A DNA stretch of 64,000 nucleotides, from contig OX597833.1 in the NCBI GenBank assembly GCA_951406725.2, positions 68,634,001 to 68,698,000 of the forward strand, read 5' to 3'. The notes below the pieces were generated by a model that did no database searches, was not told the DNA's origin, and saw only the letters and a program-made list of their open reading frames with translations. Origin of the DNA: Octopus vulgaris. Its lineage: Eukaryota. The translations under genes and the position numbers were made by a program. Positions 56,952 to 64,000 of this stretch are shown here, piece by piece; the stretch's first letter is position 1; every line of letters begins with the position of its first letter.

Positions 56952-57116
56952 AAGGACTGACCACTAAAAGTGGACGGTCAACATGCTAGATATAGACGTC
57001 AAAATCGCTATTTTCCACGAAGAATGTGTTCTCAAATAAAATCTCATTCGTGGAAAATAGCGATTTTGACGTCTATATCTAGCATGTTGAGCGCCCACTT
57101 TTAGTGGTCAGTCCTT
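56952..57116. repeat. near-perfect inverted repeat, 70-bp arms, 25-nt spacer
   Basis: 56952-57021 vs 57047-57116 are reverse complements with 2 mismatches. Confidence 0.97.
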
Positions 57117-57867
57117 AAAATCTGATATATTTATACACATCCATATGTGTCACTCCTATGTGCACATGCGCACTTGTATGTCTGTATGGATGCCTAGATG
57201 TGTTACTATAAAAATACATGCGTTCGTATATGCGTATTAGATAGCATTAGTATTAGTTTGTCTTTGTCCCTGTAAGTTTCTTAACGAGATCAAAGAAACA
57301 TATTCCAGAGACACTTAACTCTCTCCTTACCAGCGAATTCCTTGACATCATGCATTACAACTGTCAAGTGCTTCTTCACACGGACTATTTATTCTGGCGT
57401 AAATCTGACAACCTTCTTTCTGGTCTGCGTTCTTTAATATCACTCGTAGTTACTCAAAAACTAAGAGGGAAGATGATATTAAACACAGAGTGACTACTTT
57501 TGTTTCTTCATTCAAGTGTTATTTGATACGATTGTTTTGGCTGAATTTCTGCTGCATTCATGTCATGTTATATGGAAACTTCAAGAAGTACTAGAGTTTT
57601 CTGAAGGATACGCAAACCTTAACTGACAGATTTATGCTGTTGAAACCATAATCGTCAGCTAGGCAGAAGATTTGAGTACAAATCTATATCAATACAAGTG
57701 TACACTTAATCCGAAATCACACTACTAATGGAGAGTAGTAATCGTGTTGGGAGGATTAAGGAAGAAGAGTCTAAATACGTGTACAGACTACGAATAAAAA
57801 GTATGAACGAAATAATGTTGAAAACGAAATGCGAATTCCAGTGCTGAGATACGTCAAAGAGTTTTCT

Positions 57868-58672
57868 TTTAATTTTTACGTATGTCAGACCGTGGGCTGC
57901 GGACATGCTGGAGCACCGCCAGACCGGTTTAAGCTGCACAGATAAAGCCCGGTACTGGTTTTCTCCTTTTTGTTAAAGTATAATATTTATTAAATTGGTC
58001 TCTTTTGCAAAGCTGTTATTTTGATCATCGGTCGTCAAGGTGTGGTGAGGAACAAAGACGTACACACACATACGTCTCTTATCTTTTGTCTTTCTCAATC
58101 ATTGGACTGCGGCCATTGCTGGGGGGAATCGATTTTATAGGTTTTAGACGAACGAACTCACCCCAGTATTTATTCTATCAGCACCGATTGCCAAGAGCGG
58201 GGGTGGAGAAAAACACAATCACACACTCACATATTCACACACACATATATACACTCATTCACACATACATATATACATACACACACACATCTATATATAT
58301 ACATTCACACATCTATACATATATAGACACACACATATACATTCACATACACATCTATACATATATAGACACACACATATACATATAGATACACACACAC
58401 ACATACATATATGCATACACACATTCATATATTCACACACACACATATAGACACACACATATATCCATACACATTCACACACATTCATATATGCATACAC
58501 ACATAAGGCATGTGCTTTTTTTCAGTTTCCGTCTCACTACCAAGTCCCCTTTACTAGACCTTGGCCGGCCCTCGGCTTTAGTAGAAAACCCTTGGCGGAA
58601 ATGTCACGCAATGGTACTGAACCCGGAACCATGTAGTTGGGAAGTAAACGTTTACCACACGCCTATCTCCGC
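57868..58672 (-). mobile_element. two degenerate SINE family A tails plus one head, with an expanded internal (CA/TA) tract
   Basis: ctgcggacatgctggagcaccgcc (~57897), ggactgcggccattgctgggg (~58104), ttcagtttccgtct...actgaacccggaaccatgt (~58521-58634). Confidence 0.7.
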
Positions 58673-59079
58673 AGCAATACATACAAAATACGCCGAGATA
58701 TTATAATTGAAAATATACATTTGTGACTAAAGATCATCGCTAGATTGATGGTTAAATTATGATAAGAATATTTAAAATATAGCATGGGGAAATGAGTAGA
58801 GTTTAAATATGATTTATAACAGGAGAGTAACAATGAGTTAATGCTATTTCATCGCATTTCCATTATCAAACTCTTTTTGTTTATTTATTTATTTCATTAT
58901 AGAAAAAAAAAGAAATCAATAACGCAGTGACCTGTGATATTGTGAAATCGGTTCGCTATAACAGACACAGACGGGGTAAACAAAAGATAGGTGACATTGT
59001 CATCGCATCTAGTCAAATGACATCATATGTAAATTTAACATTACTATATTACGCAATAACATATTTTACTCCTCTTCCT

Positions 59080-59310
59080 GTCTTAATTGTTTTCAGTCTT
59101 TGGACTGCAGCCATGCTGGGGCACGACCATGAAGCGTTTGGTCAAACAAGTCGACCCCAGGACATTTTTCTTAAGCCTCGTACTCATTCTACCAGCCCCA
59201 TTTTGCAGAAGTGCTAGAATACTGGAATGTAAATAGAACAACACCGATTGTTAAGAGTTGGAAGGGGACAAACACACGCACACATACACATGTTTGTGTG
59301 TATGTGTGCA

Positions 59311-59359
<49 letters not shown>

Positions 59360-59500
59360 GATTCTTTCAGTTTCTGTCTAGCAAATGGAATAGCAAAGCT
59401 CTGGTCGGCCTGGGGCTTTAGTTGTAGACGCTCGTCCAAAGTGTCGTACAGTGGGACTGCCCTCCAAATCATCTTTACCACACAATCAACCCCAACTATG
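59080..59500 (-). mobile_element. SINE family A, diverged
   Basis: tttcagtctttggactgcagccatgctggggcac..gtcgacccc...ttctttcagtttctgtct...cagtgggactg. Confidence 0.75.
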
Positions 59501-59914
59501 CTTATTTTTACTTTCATACCGCATCGTCATGGATATATGAGCGTGTATTATTTACATCTCTCTATGAACCCGTGCTGTTTAATATGCCATGTACCTTTGT
59601 AATAAATACATATAGCGGGTCCACAAATGTCGATATAAAAAGCAGGAGAATAAAATGTGTACAGGCGGTGCTATAAGCTCCTTGAGGAAGTGCTCCAGCT
59701 TGACCATAGTCAATCTGACTTGGATGTGTATTCTACTTGCATTTATGGAATGGCTTATAATTAATCAAATTCATTTCAGAGTACTTAATGATATCTGCCT
59801 GGATTTTAACCCCCCCACTTTGTTGTTGCTGTTGTTCTTCTTCTAATAAATGATATAGACATAGACATACAAACAGAGAGAAACACACAAACAAACAACT
59901 GGATTCCCCAGAGT

Positions 59915-60256
59915 CTTGAGACCCCGCTTCGTTCATGAATGACCATTGGATTGCACTTAGAAAGTTACCCTCCCAGGCACAAGTCCGGGCAAAGTTGTTT
60001 AAGGGTGACCAGCGGTCGCCCATGCATACCAGCCTCCCCTCTCCTCACCACTGATGATATCCAAGGGAAAGGCAAAGGGGCCGATACAGCTTGGCACCTG
60101 TGACGTCGCAACTCATTTCTACAGCTGAGTGAAACTGGAGCAACGTGAAATAAAGTGTCTTGCTCAAGAACACAACACGCAGCCCGATACGGGATTCGAA
60201 CTCACAACCTCACGATCGTAAGCTCGACGCTCTAACCACTGAGCCATGCGCCTTCA
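59915..60256 (-). mobile_element. full-length tRNA-derived SINE (family C body, different tail)
   Basis: Minus strand: tggctcagtggttagagc...gagttcgaatccc (clear A/B boxes), tgtgttcttgagcaagacactttatttcacgttgctccag, and a unique GC-rich tail. Confidence 0.9.
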
Positions 60257-60807
60257 CACACAGACTTCGCAGAGTCTATATCAACCACATCCACTCACTT
60301 GCAAATATATTCGTCCACAAAGTGTAGAGAGATGGATCGATCCAGGAACGACGTAATTGCCAAGGATATTTCTTATCAACACTCACCTGCTTCTCGTTAT
60401 ACAAATCTCTATCTCTGTGCAGTATCCTGAAGCAAAGAGCGATTGTACAAACAACGCAGCTGGGTGAGACATCAGTCTGGTGCTGGAAGATCGCATACGT
60501 TGTCTGCAGCATAAATATAATTGATGGAAGTTTAATGGCAATTGTAAACAGACAATTAATCATAGTCTTCATCATGGTGATGATGCAATGATGCAAGAGA
60601 TAGCTAGGGGTCACTAGTTTGCAGATTATTAATTAGTTAGTTCTCCTGATTAATCACAGATAGGTCGTAATGTATGAAAACTTTTATGTGTACACATATA
60701 TGGCGCGTACTTACATCATTGTATTGGAGTTCCGACGTTAGTTATTTACGCTTCATTTACGTCCTTTGTCTCTAGATTAGCAGTAGACATCAGTTTTTCT
60801 GTGCGTA

Positions 60808-61046
60808 ATGCCGTGTGGTTTAGTTGTTAAGTTATTCGGCTCATGAACGTAAGGTTGTGTGTTCGATACAAGCGGCGTGCTGTGTCCTTCAGCAAGATGC
60901 TGTATTTAACATTTCTTGAGTCCAGGCAGCTGGCAAAATTGAGCTGTTCCCCTAATTTAAAGGGCGAGCTTTGTCACGTTCCGTGTCACACTGAATCTCC
61001 TATGAGTACTACGTGTCTGTGGAGTTCTCAGTTACCTGCACGTTAA
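60808..61046 (+). mobile_element. SINE family C, diverged
   Basis: tggtttagttgttaag..gttcgata..tgtgtccttcagcaagatg...aaagggcgagctttgtcac..gtgtcacactgaat..cgtgtctgtggagt. Confidence 0.75.
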
Positions 61047-61074
61047 AAACATCAGCAATAAGAACAACATCAAC

Positions 61075-61740
61075 TGCGAGCTGGTAGAATCGATACTGCA
61101 CAGGGCAAAATTCTTAGTGGTACTTCGCTTAGCTTCGTGTTCTGAGCTCAAATTCCGTCGTGGTCGGCTTAGCAATTCATCCTTTCAGGTTTGATGAAGT
61201 AAGTACCTGTTGAGACCTGGGTCTATGTATTTGACTTAAGGCCTTGAGCGAAGTTGTTGGCATTGTGGAAAAAATTGATACCAACAATAGTTGCAGCTGA
61301 AGGGCAATGACGTGGCAGAGTCGTTATTAAGGCTGACAAAAGGCTAAGCGGTATTTCGTCCGTCTTTACATTCTGACTTCAAATTCCACTGAAGGTTGAC
61401 TTTGCCTTCCAGCTTTTCGGGGTCGATTAAAGAAGAACCATTTGGGTGGTAAGTTTGTTGTAGTTGACTTAGACTTTCCCCCAAAATTTCAGCTATTGTG
61501 TCTATAGAAGAAAATTAATATTAGTTACAAGTATAACGCAGTGGACTCGAAGAAATGCTTAGTAGCATTTGGTCCATCTTAACGTTCTGAGTTCAAATTC
61601 TTCAGAAGTCGACTTTGACCTTCATCCTTTCAGTTTCGATAAATAAAATACCAGTATAGAACATACTTCGATCTAATCAATCATCTTACGCCTTCCGCCG
61701 ATATTGCTGGCCTTGTACCAAAATTTGAAACCAGTATTCT
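61075..61740 (+). mobile_element. three head-to-tail diverged SINE family B copies
   Basis: ttctga(g/c)(c/t)tcaaattc...ttc(a/c)..c.tttc motifs at ~61140, ~61371 and ~61585, each followed by an aaatt.ga-type tail. Confidence 0.75.
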
Positions 61741-62459
61741 GTTATTTCATGATCCCATCCTGCAATTCGTTATCTTTCAGTTACCCATCCTTTACTTTTT
61801 GCAGCCTTGTTCGTTCTATAGTTTCTTTTCGTTCAAGTTTATCTTATAATCGAACCCTAAGAATAGGAGAGAAACAATTATGCATTTTGTCGATTTCCAT
61901 AACAAAGACAATATATATGAATGTGATTTAATTAAGAGACCATATCTCTCCTCTCTGTCTCTCTCTCTCTTTCTTTTGCTCCACGAAAGCAAATATAATC
62001 CAATGAATTCAGGTAACAATTAAGGAGGGAAATAAACGAATAAAAGGATTTAGTTCCCGTCGTTTACAAAAAATAGAATAGTTTGCTTGAAATGCAATAA
62101 TGTGGAGAATTCGGATTATATGATCGTCTCTTTCAAAAAATGTTTGGTATGAGGTTGCATGGCAGGTGGGGTGGCGTTTTCAAGAAAGCCTTCTAATAGT
62201 ATTATTCTCTGCGAATTTCAATATTTTATGGCTCTATTAATTAAAATACAAAATTTTAAAATTCAACATTAGAAAGTTTAAATACAATAAATAAATAAAA
62301 AATATGAATAAATGAAATACAAAATAAATATTGAAAATGAAAGGAATAATATTTTATTAAAAGAAATAATTAATTAAACATTTTTCAATACAATTTTAAA
62401 ATTTTGCTGTTGATTTCCAGTATCTTTTATTCAACTTAATCTTGTTGTGGTTGTTTATA

Positions 62460-63700
62460 TGGAGAAGTGGTGCTGGAGTTATTAATCATGATAGCGATGG
62501 TGGTAGTGATGATGATGATGATGATGATGACGACGGCGATGGTATGGGTGGTTGGTAATGATAATAACTGCAGTATTATCATAATGATAATGCAGATGCA
62601 AATACTAACGATGGTGTTTCTGGTGAGGACGAAGCTGATGACGAGGGTGGTAATGATAACGAGGGTGGTGGTGATGTTGATGTGATGATGGTATGAATGA
62701 AGATGACGATGGTTACTATGATGACCTTGATCATCATCATCATCATCATCATCTTCATCATCCTCATCACAATCATCATTATCATCATCATCATCACAAT
62801 CATCATCATCACATCATCATCACAATCATCATCATCATCATCATCACAATCATCATCATCATCACAATCATCATCGCAATCATCATCGCTATCATCATCA
62901 CCATCACAATCATCATCATCATCATCATCATCATCACCACGGTGTCAACAAAGAGAAAGACGACGAAAGCGATATCGACAACGATGAAATATTAATGAAG
63001 ACGATAATGATAGTGGTAAGGATGGTGTCGTTAAGGAAGATGATGATGATGATGACGATGAGGTTGGTAATGAAGTTGCTGGTAATGATGATGATGATGA
63101 TGATTTTGATAATGACTTCCGTAATGGTAATGTTGGCAGTGATAATGTTCGTGAATTTCACGGTGATGGTGATAATGACCATAACGCCTAGAAGGCCATT
63201 AATTATGACGACCTCCATCATCATCATCATTATCATTATCATAATCTTCATCGTAGTGATTGTTAGAATGATGATGATGATGATGATGATGATAACCGTG
63301 ATAATGATTCTTATTTCAATGGTATTTACAATCTTGATGATGGTCAGCTAGAGGAAGGATTGCAGTGTAGGAGGGGAGGGATTTTTCAGGTATATTGGAA
63401 CATTTTCCTTCACCGTTTTCGACGATGCTGAAGTTGAGAGATTCAGTCGATGATGGTCCTCATCACCAAGAGCATCATAACCATTATCCTCATTATCGTC
63501 ATCATCATCATCACCATCAACAGTTAGTATTATCTTCAAGATCATGATAATTACTATAAGGAAGATGGCAACGATAAAAGCAACGATGATGAGAATGATG
63601 GTGAGGATGTCTTGACGCAGTGTGGTGATGGTGATAAGTACGGTGGTGAAGATAACGATGATGATGATGATTATAATATCGAATGGTGACATCGAAAATT
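62460..63700. repeat. degenerate (ATG/CAT)n low-complexity region with strand-switching blocks
   Basis: Alternating (GAT)n and (CAT)n blocks; source of the poly-M/H/I/S ORFs. Confidence 0.9.
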
Positions 63701-64000
63701 TGCGTGATATAGGCCTTGGTGTAATCCATTGCAATCATGTCATTTATGAACTGATACCATGAGAACATACAAGATAATGTACTTCCGACAACACATTAAA
63801 TTTCGCCTTCAAAACATCAAATTTGCGAAGCCAGAAACAATAAAAATCACGCAAAACTAATGGACGTATACACTTCTTCTACGTACATACATACATGTAT
63901 ATATATATATATATATGAATTTACATATATATGTATGTATATATATATATATATATATATATGAGTTAATATATATATATATGTATGTATATATATATAT

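Noticed and set aside
60175-60252. tRNA gene (also 53540-53610 and 53421-53485)
   Set aside because: A/B boxes are present, but I see no complete acceptor stem, and each continues into a SINE body; these are tRNA-derived heads.
60383-60445. Minus-strand 40-nt exon candidate (cttcAG...CAG|GTGAGT)
   Set aside because: Short, with a modest pyrimidine tract, no recognisable peptide and no linked exons.
62467-63768. Poly-His/Met/Ile/Ser ORFs
   Set aside because: Products of (ATG/CAT)n low-complexity DNA; no domain or splice support.

Overview
AT-rich, microsatellite-dense eukaryotic non-coding DNA. The repeat landscape strongly resembles a coleoid cephalopod (octopus-like) genome; this is an inference. 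No intact protein-coding gene is supportable, and nearly all listed ORFs are translations of (TA)n/(CA)n/(GATA)n/(ATC)n repeats. The window is a graveyard of non-LTR retroelements: many copies of several tRNA-headed SINE families with modular bodies and tails, remnants of RTE, CR1-group and L1/Tx1-like LINEs, Penelope-like element (PLE) termini, a probable piggyBac-type MITE, minisatellites and fold-backs. There are three highlights. (1) A tRNA-headed, SINE-like element carrying a minimal hammerhead ribozyme, inserted in a PLE-style inverted configuration (53241-53985). (2) Several further minimal hammerhead motifs, including a well-formed one with the compensatory U3-A8 core variant (30102-30149). 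(3) A textbook zero-length-exon / recursive splice site (polypyrimidine-CAG|GTAAGT at 52335/52336), suggesting the window lies in a giant + strand intron. All calls are by eye; no database search was run. SINE family letters (A, B, C, Y) are my own working labels.
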